Source: an uncultured Desulfobacteraceae bacterium (lineage in GTDB: Bacteria; Desulfobacterota; Desulfobacteria; Desulfobacterales; UBA11574). Taken from it: 64,000 nucleotides of DNA. This document shows positions 9,463 to 18,900 of the stretch, piece after piece (the first letter of the stretch is position 1; every line of letters starts with the position of its first letter). Below the pieces are notes generated by a model, which saw nothing but the letters and a program-made list of their open reading frames with translations, was not told the DNA's origin and did no database searches. The translations under genes were made by a program, and so were the position numbers. Location: contig CAYPIW010000124.1 in assembly GCA_964410925.1 (NCBI GenBank), positions 14,821 through 78,820 on the forward strand. Reading direction: 5' to 3'.

Positions 9463-10865
9463 TCTGAAACCTCCGATGCGCTTCTGTTTTGTCTCATACG
9501 CTTTTTCATCACCGCTTTTGCTTGTTCAGCAATGTCTCCCATTTCATCGCCGAAGAAGTTGTCCGGCCAGTTTTGAATGTTCCCAAACAGGTCAATTTGT
9601 AATGTATCCAAAGTAGCAGGAGTCTTGGTGATGTTGGCGAAATAGGCAGACACTTTTTCTTGCGGCACGATCTCTTCGGCAATCCGCCGTTGCAGTCGAC
9701 GTAAAAAATGCTCAGAGTGAGTCTCTATGATCAATTGGATATTCCTATCAGCGCCTTTTTCTCTGGAATTGACGACATCAATCATTACATCGGCCAGCGC
9801 CGATTGGGCGCTCGGATGTAAATGGATTTCAGGTTTCTCCATAAGGATGATCGACCCTCTTTGTGCATAGAAGCTTTGAACTAATACAGGGAGTACCTGA
9901 GAGATGCCGAAGCCGACATCCGGGAGATCCACCCAATCCTTTGAACCCTTGGTACGAATCTTGACCTCGTATTCCTGACGCTGCTCGGAAATCGGGTTGA
10001 CTTTGAACGCCTCAATCAATCCCATTTCTTTGAGCTTCATTGCGATAATTTCCTCGAATGGTTTGGCTGGCCGATTATATCCAAGGCTGATCTTGCGGTT
10101 CCGAGCGGCCAATATGGCTGCGACGGTATTTTCTCCCGTATAACCCACACTTTCCGGTTCGATACCCGTCCATGAATAAAGCCTTTCCGCTTTTGTGCGA
10201 AGCGGTCCAAGATAGGTCAGAGACCGGAACAACTTTTCATGTTTCAGATTAAGTTCCTGAACAAAGTCCGCATTTTGATGATAGGCAACCACTTCGTCGG
10301 GAAAGCCGTAAAAACGCACCGGTGCGCCGGGATACCAGACTCGCCCTTGCTTTCGCTTCAGCGCGTAATGGACTGCATCAACTTTGTAATCGGACTTTGT
10401 GTTGGATTTTCGTTCCATTCCGATGGAGAGACTGGATTCATCGTCTTCCATCAACTCGTATTTAAGGTGATCAAGCACCACCATGTGCTGATCCTTGTCT
10501 CCCAGCCCGGCTTGCGCTTGAAAGGCCAACCCATCTCCAGCAAATGACTCTCCCGAAACAGGATCTTTGAACTTCAACAAGCCAGGAAATGTCCATCGAT
10601 ATTCAAAAGCGATTTTATTTTCCGAGTTGCGGTGAAAAACCATTTCCTGATAAGAGCCAAGTTGTACCGCGGAGTTTTTCCCGCCGGGATAGAACACGGC
10701 CTTCCGGTCGGGTGATTCTACCGTCTGTTTCAGCATCATCAAGAACTGGCCGATGCTGGACTTGCCGGAACTATTGGCACCAAAGAATAGGGTAATGGGT
10801 GCCATGCGAATAGTGCCAGTTTCCTTCCAGCACTTAAAATTTTGTATTCTTAGTTGTTTCAGCAT
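9459..10865 (-). CDS. ABC/AAA_21-type ATPase with DUF3696-like C-terminus
   Basis: 468 aa. LRIQNFKCW followed by Walker A FFGANSSGKSS, Walker-B-like ILMEKPEIHLHP, and H-loop IIETHSEHF. The C-terminal NWPDNFFGDE tail resembles DUF3696. Confidence 0.75.
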   Translation of the reverse strand: MLKQLRIQNFKCWKETGTIRMAPITLFFGANSSGKSSIGQFLMMLKQTVESPDRKAVFYPGGKNSAVQLGSYQEMVFHRNSENKIAFEYRWTFPGLLKFKDPVSGESFAGDGLAFQAQAGLGDKDQHMVVLDHLKYELMEDDESSLSIGMERKSNTKSDYKVDAVHYALKRKQGRVWYPGAPVRFYGFPDEVVAYHQNADFVQELNLKHEKLFRSLTYLGPLRTKAERLYSWTGIEPESVGYTGENTVAAILAARNRKISLGYNRPAKPFEEIIAMKLKEMGLIEAFKVNPISEQRQEYEVKIRTKGSKDWVDLPDVGFGISQVLPVLVQSFYAQRGSIILMEKPEIHLHPSAQSALADVMIDVVNSREKGADRNIQLIIETHSEHFLRRLQRRIAEEIVPQEKVSAYFANITKTPATLDTLQIDLFGNIQNWPDNFFGDEMGDIAEQAKAVMKKRMRQNRSASEVSE

Positions 10866-11158
10866 GCTTTCACCTCACCATCCCGATAAACTGATTTGGC
10901 TTTTTCAAGAAATCTCTGTTCCGAAGTATCACCAGAAACGGCCAAATCGTATTCTCTAAGCAAATCTTTCAGTTTATATAGTTCCTCCAGCATGATTTTC
11001 ATATACGCGATTGTTTCAGGTTGATACTGGAATCCATAAAGAGAATCAGACGTCTTGGAATTCTTGTACTCAACGTCATTGAATTCGATATCCTGCTCAA
11101 TCTGCTCGGCGATGTATCCCAGATAGCTGTCTTGATAATCGAAATGTCCACCACTCAT
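10859..11158 (-). CDS. small acidic hypothetical protein (first gene of the nested cassette)
   Basis: 99 aa. A GGAGG lies 9-10 nt upstream of the ATG. Its stop overlaps the ATPase start (ATGCTGA). No family recognised. Confidence 0.55.
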   Translation of the reverse strand: MSGGHFDYQDSYLGYIAEQIEQDIEFNDVEYKNSKTSDSLYGFQYQPETIAYMKIMLEELYKLKDLLREYDLAVSGDTSEQRFLEKAKSVYRDGEVKAC

Positions 11159-11161
11159 TTT

Positions 11162-14020
11162 TTATTTCCCTCCTGTCCTTGTTAACGCCTGGTCATACCA
11201 CATGAGAAGTTTGGGATCTTCCTGGAGAATCTTTTCCGGTATCTTGCGAGCCACAGCGATGATGATAGCGTAGTCGCGCTCATGCCATGCCTTCTTGAAT
11301 CCAGCCCGGACGGCCTCCAGGCGGAACACTTTCAGGCGTTTCTGCTTCGATTCGCGGTATTCCTCGAACTCGCGCATCAGGGCCCGCTCACGCAGCTTTT
11401 CCAGGTCGCCGGCCTTGTTCGGGTCAGGCACGTACCAGCGGTCCTTGCCTTTGGCCTTGAGTGCAGGATCGTCCTTTTCCAGATTGCGCAGCTCCTTGAA
11501 GTTCGAGGAGAGGTAGCTGTGAATCTGGCTGGGGACATCGCCCTTGCCGTCGTAGCGCAGGAAGTTCTGCTCAAGCAATACATCAAGTTCAAGCATCTTT
11601 TCGTTCTTCTGCCAGCCACCGATCTCCTGCATGAATTGCGGTTTCAGGTCGCCTGCCGTTTGCGGTTTCTTTGTGATTTGCTGTTTGAGCCACTGGATCG
11701 CAGAAGCCTCGTCGAGAACAAAGAGCTGAAGCTGGAGCACCTCCTTGACTGTCATCCGTTTCTTGTCGTACTCGATAGCTTGATCAGGCAGGAAATACAT
11801 TTCTTCACGAACAGAAAAGCGTTGTTCGAGACCAGCATAGAAATCAGCCGAATTCATGGGAACCATCACGCCTCGGCGAACATGGAATGCCACCATTCGG
11901 TCGAAGAGCAGATAATTCATTCGCTCTGGAACCAATTCCAACTGCCTGTCTTTGCTTACGAAAACAGGCAATTGCTTGAGATGCGTCCGAACAAAATCCC
12001 AGACACCGTCCTCGGTTCCCGCCTCCAGCTTGAAGCGATCTTCAAGGCCTCCATTGGGTTTGTATGCAGAGATAACCAAATCCTGTTTTACAAGCTTCTG
12101 GATCGATTGTTTGTAAGTTTCCTGCTGTTTGTCGAGTGTTCGCACATCAGCAACTACAAAACCTGCCAATTCAAGTGCCTCTTGAATGGCAACCCAGACG
12201 CTGTTGCTTGAATTGTGAAATTCAATCGTAATCCAACGACCGGACTTCAATACACGGTGTAACTCCTGGAATGCCAAAGACATCAAAACCTGGTAATCGT
12301 GAAGCGTCCGACTACGCCCCTTATCCATAACAGCTTCTGGTTCCCGTTGCGTCAAAACCTTGAGCCAAGCCTCCCAGAAGAAATTCAGTTCGGAGTAATG
12401 GAGATTATTTCCGAATGGAGGATCAATAAAGATGTAGTCAAGGCTTGATGCCGGAAGCACCTCTATATTGGTCGTGGACTGACAAGTGATTGCGGTTTGC
12501 CCATAAACTCCAGGCAAGGAAAGCTTCACAAGGCGCTTAAGCTTGTTGGTCATTGAATATTCTGGGGAGACTTCAGAAATCAATGAGCCAACAAACAGCG
12601 TACCTGAAAAATACCGGTTGACCTGCGACCCTCCGATTCTACCGAATTGAATTGGTTGATAGCGGTTCATTTTTGTGAAGCCAAGGTTATTGCCCTGGGC
12701 AAAGAAGCGTACAAACGTAGAGGAACACGTATTTAGTTTCTCCCAGAGTCTGGCGTACACCATCATGGATCGGCGGAAATAGAAATGGTGCAAGTGGCTA
12801 ATGCCTTTAAGATGATATCCATCTTTCCCCTTTCGTTCACCCTCAGGCATTTCAAAGGTAGGGAACCAATCCTGAATGGCTGTATCCTCGATACGCTTCA
12901 GCAATGACAGGTCAGCATCATATGGCTTCTTTTCGTAGCGATGTTTTCCAATTTGATAATTGATCAGTACCGGGGCGTAACGCACTAATCGGTGTGTTTC
13001 ATTGCGGGGGTTATCAAAGTACGATTGCCATTGGCGTTGAAGTGATTTCTTGTCGAGTTCAGCGGCACAGCTCGGGCACTTAAAATTCTTATTGACAGCG
13101 GAAGTCTCCTTATCAACAGCCGCTTCAAAATAAATGACTTCCTTTCCACAATGCGGACAGTTGAATGTCTCACTCCAAACCGTATAGTTAATTTTTCCTT
13201 TTGTTTTCCCATCCGTATGAAGCGTCTCGTACATCCACCCGCATTCCTGCTCAACCTCCTTGAGAATGCGTTTAGCCTCTTTTTCAAAAGCAGCCATATC
13301 TACCGGTGTGTTGTAGTTGTAGGCAATAAAGGTAGCCGCTGGTGACAGGTCGTTGAGAACCACCCGGCGTGCTCCGAGCTTGGAAAACGGTTTCCAAATG
13401 GGTTTTCCATCTTCCCCTGTCTCCTGCTGGTAAACGGTTCCGTCTTTCTCCACTCTATATCCGAGGGATTCAACCGTGCTTTTATCCCTGCATAACTGAG
13501 CCGCAACCCCTGTCATTCCCGTTCCGCAGAAACCGTCGAAGACCAAATCCCCAGGTTGTGTATAATGGAGGATATACCGCATGATGGCCTTGTGCGGCAC
13601 CTTGGTGTGGTAGGAGTGGGCGTTGTAAATTGGATCGTTCTTTCCCTCGCTCACATCCGCCGCAAAGGGCTCACGTCGGTAGTCATCAGTGGCCGGGTCA
13701 TATGGCTTTCCATACTGCTTGATAAAATCTTCAATGAATGGGTTCGGGCAGGCCGTGTAATAAGGCGGATCGGACAGGGCCAGGATGTCCTCGTCCTCGC
13801 CAATCGGGAACCCCTCGATCTTCCGAAATTCCGGGTCCTTCAGTTTCTCGCTTAGTTTTTCCAAGAAATATCCCCGGCGCTTCTCTTCGTTTTCGAAAGT
13901 CATGCCGAGACATTCCACCGGCCTTTTGTCCACCACAAATTCCTCTTCAAAAAGTTTTCCAGAACCTGGTTTAGCGGGGACAATTTTTGTTTTGAACAAT
14001 TGTTTCTGTTTGCCGTTCAT
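11162..14020 (-). CDS. pglXI: BREX type 3 DNA methyltransferase PglXI (N4/N6 MTase family)
   Basis: 952 aa. YHTKVPHKAIMRYILHYTQPGDLVFDGFCGTGMTG (SAM motif I region), IFIDPPFGNN (motif IV) and RVLKSGRW. A CPHC...CPSC zinc ribbon lies between them. Confidence 0.85.
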   Translation of the reverse strand: MNGKQKQLFKTKIVPAKPGSGKLFEEEFVVDKRPVECLGMTFENEEKRRGYFLEKLSEKLKDPEFRKIEGFPIGEDEDILALSDPPYYTACPNPFIEDFIKQYGKPYDPATDDYRREPFAADVSEGKNDPIYNAHSYHTKVPHKAIMRYILHYTQPGDLVFDGFCGTGMTGVAAQLCRDKSTVESLGYRVEKDGTVYQQETGEDGKPIWKPFSKLGARRVVLNDLSPAATFIAYNYNTPVDMAAFEKEAKRILKEVEQECGWMYETLHTDGKTKGKINYTVWSETFNCPHCGKEVIYFEAAVDKETSAVNKNFKCPSCAAELDKKSLQRQWQSYFDNPRNETHRLVRYAPVLINYQIGKHRYEKKPYDADLSLLKRIEDTAIQDWFPTFEMPEGERKGKDGYHLKGISHLHHFYFRRSMMVYARLWEKLNTCSSTFVRFFAQGNNLGFTKMNRYQPIQFGRIGGSQVNRYFSGTLFVGSLISEVSPEYSMTNKLKRLVKLSLPGVYGQTAITCQSTTNIEVLPASSLDYIFIDPPFGNNLHYSELNFFWEAWLKVLTQREPEAVMDKGRSRTLHDYQVLMSLAFQELHRVLKSGRWITIEFHNSSNSVWVAIQEALELAGFVVADVRTLDKQQETYKQSIQKLVKQDLVISAYKPNGGLEDRFKLEAGTEDGVWDFVRTHLKQLPVFVSKDRQLELVPERMNYLLFDRMVAFHVRRGVMVPMNSADFYAGLEQRFSVREEMYFLPDQAIEYDKKRMTVKEVLQLQLFVLDEASAIQWLKQQITKKPQTAGDLKPQFMQEIGGWQKNEKMLELDVLLEQNFLRYDGKGDVPSQIHSYLSSNFKELRNLEKDDPALKAKGKDRWYVPDPNKAGDLEKLRERALMREFEEYRESKQKRLKVFRLEAVRAGFKKAWHERDYAIIIAVARKIPEKILQEDPKLLMWYDQALTRTGGK

Positions 14021-14039
14021 ATTGCAATACCGTTTTGAA

Positions 14040-14109
14040 CCGCGAATGGACGCGAATCAACGCTAATAAAAGATGACAACAATTCGTGTCTATTCGTGTT
14101 CATTCGCGG
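14040..14109. promoter_or_regulatory. 28-bp imperfect inverted repeat built from three 10-bp iterons per arm
   Basis: The left arm is cgcgaatgga/cgcgaatcaa/cgctaataaa. The right arm is aattcgtgtc/tattcgtgtt/cattcgcggt. By manual pairing of 28 positions: 22 Watson-Crick, 3 G-T and 3 mismatches. It sits between the stop of the 530-aa gene and the pglXI start. Confidence 0.55.
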
Positions 14110-15692
14110 TTTCCCTTCAGTATTTTCCTGCCGTTCTCAGTCAGGCGGTATTTCTGCTTGCTGCTGCGGGGTTTGTCGGGTATGGTCATTTCAACGAATC
14201 CGGCATTGAGCAAAGGAGCCAGGACTTGGTCCCTGAACTTGGTCCGGTTTTTCCTTTCCAGAACGTCCATCAGTTCTGTAATCCTTTGTTCTGAAACGAG
14301 ATGTTCCATGATACGAACTTGGTCCCGACTTGGTCCCGACTTGGTCCCTGCTTGGGGTGCGACTTGGGGTGTACCTTTTCCTGTGACCTGGGCATCATCA
14401 CGGGTCTCAGTAGGGCCGGTACGTTCGAACATTGCCTTCATCAGGTCAGTAGCCATGTCCACTTCTTCATCAAGCTCGGGAATAAAGAACTCAAATGCCT
14501 TCCAGGATCTATCATTTTTGTAGGTCGGCTCGGGATGGCCCAGTTTCTGCCATTCCTCGCGCATCATGCGCATACCGGTACCCGCCTGCTCGCACATTGT
14601 GATGCGGCGCATCCCCATGGCGATGGACGGATTTCGGACCTCCTTTTCACCCGGTTCGAACAGGCGGGAATCATCGCCAAACACGTCACCCGGGTTCCAG
14701 AACTGGATGCCGTTGCGGAAGAACTTGATCACGGCCTTTCGGGAATGGTCACCGTAGTCCTGGTGGATGAGCAGGTTCACGGCTGCTTCGCGGAATACAC
14801 GAAAACCGGACGGATCGTCACGGCGACCAAGGGTTACCGGATCGATATTCCTAAACGGTTTAGGCATGAAAAACTTATACTTGCTGACCAGTTGATCCCA
14901 TGCCTGGATGATGTTGTCCTCGCAGACGATCCGGTCGATCCAGCGGGTTTCCGGCATGGGTTCGTCGGTAGCGTACCCGAGAAACTGGACATCAAGGGTC
15001 GGCCGGGGAATAAGCTGATGAACGGCCAGAGACGATCCGAAGAGCATGATGGCCGCCCTCGTCGGAATAAATCGCTTTCTGTCTCGAAGAAGGAATCCCC
15101 AGTGATAAAGAAATTCCTGATCGGGTTGTCGGGGATCAAAACCGTCGTTGACTGCATGAAAGCGGTCGCGGTACCATTTCAGGCTACTCGAGTCAAAGGC
15201 TTCTTTCAGGAGCACCCTTTCGAACGGCTGGCCGTCCCACCGGTCGGCTGTAGCATCTCGCAGCATACGTTCGATATCCTGCATCTGGGCCTTGAAGTCG
15301 CCACCACCCTTGCGGAGGAATGTGCGCCGAATATCACCATCAAGATAAACCGGCTTGCGCGTACGCGGATTCTCACCAATTCGGAAGATCAGAACCACCT
15401 TATCACCAATGTCCAGCCGCTTTTCGTCTACATCGATATCATGGTTGATTTTCGCATCGGCATGCAGGACGGAAAGAAAATCGTTCTGCACCTTGTCGGT
15501 TTTCTCAACGCCACTTATTTGAAATTCTTCGCCATGCTGGGCAACACCAAAAACCATCCAACCGCCATGGGTGTTGGCAAATGCGGACACTGTCTCAAAA
15601 GCGGATTTCGGCACTGCCGACCGAGCTTCCTTGAACTCGACGTCGTTCCATTCACCCGCTTTGAGCCGTCTTTTCAGTTCCTCGATCTTCAT
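14100..15692 (-). CDS. Schlafen/AlbA_2-domain protein with C-terminal wHTH (often mis-annotated RecG-like)
   Basis: 530 aa. The N-terminus EWNDVEFKEARSAVPKSAFETVSAFANTHGGWMVFGV is the AlbA_2 (divergent AAA) signature. The C-terminal tail PDKPRSSKQKYRLTENG is typical of this family. Confidence 0.7.
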   Translation of the reverse strand: MKIEELKRRLKAGEWNDVEFKEARSAVPKSAFETVSAFANTHGGWMVFGVAQHGEEFQISGVEKTDKVQNDFLSVLHADAKINHDIDVDEKRLDIGDKVVLIFRIGENPRTRKPVYLDGDIRRTFLRKGGGDFKAQMQDIERMLRDATADRWDGQPFERVLLKEAFDSSSLKWYRDRFHAVNDGFDPRQPDQEFLYHWGFLLRDRKRFIPTRAAIMLFGSSLAVHQLIPRPTLDVQFLGYATDEPMPETRWIDRIVCEDNIIQAWDQLVSKYKFFMPKPFRNIDPVTLGRRDDPSGFRVFREAAVNLLIHQDYGDHSRKAVIKFFRNGIQFWNPGDVFGDDSRLFEPGEKEVRNPSIAMGMRRITMCEQAGTGMRMMREEWQKLGHPEPTYKNDRSWKAFEFFIPELDEEVDMATDLMKAMFERTGPTETRDDAQVTGKGTPQVAPQAGTKSGPSRDQVRIMEHLVSEQRITELMDVLERKNRTKFRDQVLAPLLNAGFVEMTIPDKPRSSKQKYRLTENGRKILKGNRE

Positions 15693-15701
15693 CCCTGTCT
15701 A

Positions 15702-15754
15702 TCCGCGTTCATCAGTAGTTCTTTTTTCCCATATTTGCGTTTATTCGCGATTTC
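15702..15754. promoter_or_regulatory. further copies of the TTCGCG-type iteron upstream of the AlbA_2 gene
   Basis: tatttgcgtttattcgcgatttc (15732-15754) matches tattcgtgttcattcgcggtttc (14091-14113) at 19 of 23 positions by manual count. There is an extra unit, tccgcgttca, at 15702-15711. The units lie in an AT-rich 236-bp gap. Confidence 0.45.
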
Positions 15755-15928
15755 ACACCAAGATTAACTGTTATATACGTACTTCAAATTATTTAGTACC
15801 TATTAATTGGGTATTTTACCTATTTCTCTCGGTTTTGTCTTATATTTCGCAATTATGCGGATGGGTTGCAAAAGGTTATGAGTAATCGGCTGTTTTTGAA
15901 GGTATTCGAAATTCAGCGATTTCATTTT

Positions 15929-18900
15929 TTACTCCAGCACAATTCTTACTTTTCCGGGCTCCTTGCCCTTGGTAAGTTCATCCAGGTATTCCTCGAATCG
16001 TTTTTTTATCTCTGCCGGTGTCACCGGTGAACCGCCGAGGAGCAGCGCCGCGCGCAGGTCGGCGATCTTGACCGGGACCTTCTGGAGGCCGGAAAACGCC
16101 TCGCCCAAAGCGTGGATGAAGTCCTGATCGAGATTGTCCGGCAGGACCCGCTTCTTGATAAAACCGTTCACCAATTTCTTTGGCTCAGACTTTAGCAGGT
16201 TCAGATTGCCCTTGGTGGTCGGGTCCTCCAGGTTGGTCAGGAGTGTCTGGGTCCAGTTTTCCACCATTTTGTCCAGCTCTTCGTCCAGACCATCCAGAAC
16301 CGAGCCCGCATGTGCGGCGAGCGGCTCCGAGCCGGGTTTAAAATTGCAGTTCGGGCAAACGGGCGAAGCGTTTAGTTCCTGCTCGGTGAGAGCGAAGCAG
16401 CTCTTCAAACCGCCGAGACGGTTCTGGAAATCGGTCAGGTGCTGGCGGGGCATCAGCTCAATAGTGGAAAGCTTCTGCAAAACCTTAAGCCGATCGTCGG
16501 CCATTAGCTTGGTCTTGCGTTTGTCCTCATTTACCCCCAGCCGCGCCTTGACATGCAACGCCAGATAAGCCTGCACATAGGTTTTTTTGAGGTCAGTCAG
16601 TTTGCGCTGGGTTTGTTGGCGGAATTTAGCCGCGCTGCGTTTGTTCGGATTGACGAGTTGAATGAGCACCTCGTCACGAGCCGTCTTCATTTTGGCCACC
16701 CATTCATGTTCCGCGGGCATTACCGCTTCAGCGGTGGAAAGAAAGGACGCGGTGGAACCAATATCTGTCACCAGCTCTTGGAGAGATTCGATCTCTGCCA
16801 AGGAATTGAGTCCGTCGCGATGACTGGTCACCTCTTGGGCGTCGTAGCGAAAGTTCTTGAGCTTGCCGGGCGAATTGAACGCTTGAAGGCTTTCAAGAAA
16901 ACACTTCAAGCGTTCGAGTGCTGAGGACTGAGTGCTGAGTGCTGATTCGTCAAGAAGGTTCTTCCCCCAGAAAACGATGCCTTGCTGCACGGATTGCTGG
17001 GCCATGACGACACGTTCTATCATTTTGGCAATGCGCGTCTGCATTTCGGTGACGGGGTCTGTATTTCCCTGGGTGACCAGTTGGGCCATACCAGGCGTTA
17101 GTCCGAGCAGTTCGAACAGTGCCTCTAAGGCTTGAAGATTCCAGCCTTTGGGCTGCTTAATATGTTTGAACTGGATAAGTTCGTTGATACCAGTACTAGC
17201 CATTTGGGGAAGGCCCATAGCGTCGAATTCCTTGCCAGGGATGGCAAGTACAAGAGCGCCTCTGTAGACTAATGCAGCCAGAACCACGATCACCCATTCC
17301 GGTTCCAGCCGATACCGGTCCTTGTCCAGATATTCCAGGCCCTTATCATCCTGGATCAGTTCAGAGCGATTGACCACCTGGCCGTGGCCCTTCTTTTTTA
17401 GAAGGGCGAGGATATTTTTGGCGTATTTCGATTTGTAGGGATCGAGCCGTTCACCGTCGAGCAGTTCCAGGGCATCGAAAACGGCTGTTGCCTGTTTGGT
17501 TCGGTTCTGTCCGGCAATGGCGCGCAGGGCATCCTGTGCGGCCTGGTCCCGGTTGGCACCGGTGATGAGCACCGAAAAGAAGGGGTATTCAGGCGCCCGA
17601 TCCTGGAAATGCGCTCCCATGCAAATGCCGGCGATGGTGTTTACCAAGTCGCGAAAATTAATGCGCTCATGGGTGCCGATGCCTGAAAATTCGCGTATCG
17701 ATTTACCCTTGGCCCATTCGGTAAGCGACTTGGTGCGTCCCTGGTAGGTGACTTCAAAAGCGGTAGCCATATTCTTTTGCAACCATTGTACAAGATCTTG
17801 CAGGAAACCCGATGATTTCTGGTCGTAAGGTATTCGTTCCTGACTTGATCTCCTAAATGCCAGGTCAACGGCCGCAGCATAGCTGCTGAGCACCGTCCGA
17901 AATTCTTCGTCCATGTTCGTCAAACGCAGAAATAGCTCGTCAGACTTCTGCACGTCCTTGAAGTGGGGTGGCTCGAAGGGTTGGATGAAGTAGAGGTAGA
18001 AGTCCCGCGGCGGCACGGCGGTGGAGCGCTCGTTGGGCGCGCCGAAAAACAGGTATCCCTGGCGTGCTGCCTTGCGCTCTAGCCATTCGAGCTCGTACTG
18101 CCAGATCTTGTAGCCGGTGACGTAGGTCTGATCGGTGCACTCCATGACCCGTTTCAAAGCCTCGTAGTAATAGCGGTCCAGCTGGGAAGGTTCTAGAGTC
18201 TGAGCGCGCTGTTCGATGATTGCATCAACATCCTCGATTTTCTTTAGATCAAGGTAAAACTGTCGATTGTCTGGATTAAAGCTGACGAATTTTCCGCTCA
18301 CCGTTTTATGGATTTCTCGAAGGACGGTCTCCACCTGGGTGAGCAGATCATCAGCCGGGTCTCCGCCTAGCTCCTCGATACCCGGCTGATAAAGGCAAAG
18401 TCCATCGCGCAGCTCTTCGGCTGTTGCTCCAATCGTGGAATAAATATCACCGGTGGTGAGACGGTGGATTGACAGAGCATGAATAAGACGTAGCGCAATG
18501 GGTTTGTATGCCGGACGCGTGAAAGCTAGCTGGATACGAGATTCCAACACCTGGCTGCAGTCGATGACCGCCTTGATGTCCGGCACCGCACGGAATGAGG
18601 GGTTTTCTCGTAGGTTTGTCCAATAGGAATCATAAGCGATGAGGCCTGGCCGGTCATCCGGAAGTTCCTGGCCAAGCAGCTTCTTCATGGCCAAAGACAA
18701 GGTCTTTAGCACTTCGCGTTTTTCTACCACGGTGACTCGCTCAAAGGAATCGATATAATCGGGATGCACCGGAAAGAGTTTGACGAACTCATCCATCCGC
18801 TCGTTCATATGGCCGTAGAACTTTCCAAACGGCGTGAGGTATTCCCTTATTTTGGCCTGCTGCTCTCCGGTTTTCTTGAGTAATCTCTCGGCGACAACAA

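Noticed and set aside
11282-12211. 309-aa plus-strand ORF inside pglXI (similarly 18962-19642 inside brxC)
   Set aside because: These are antisense to genes with strong methyltransferase or ATPase motifs. They are Leu/Arg-rich and low in complexity, with no RBS or recognisable domain.
14301-15767. 488-aa ORF on the plus strand
   Set aside because: It is the antisense mirror of the AlbA_2 gene, whose minus-strand product has clear family motifs. The plus-strand product has no motif and odd composition. Long antisense ORFs are expected in GC-richer DNA.
16921-16945. gagtgctgagtgctga short tandem repeat
   Set aside because: It lies inside brxC coding sequence, has only two units and is in frame. 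No evidence of function.
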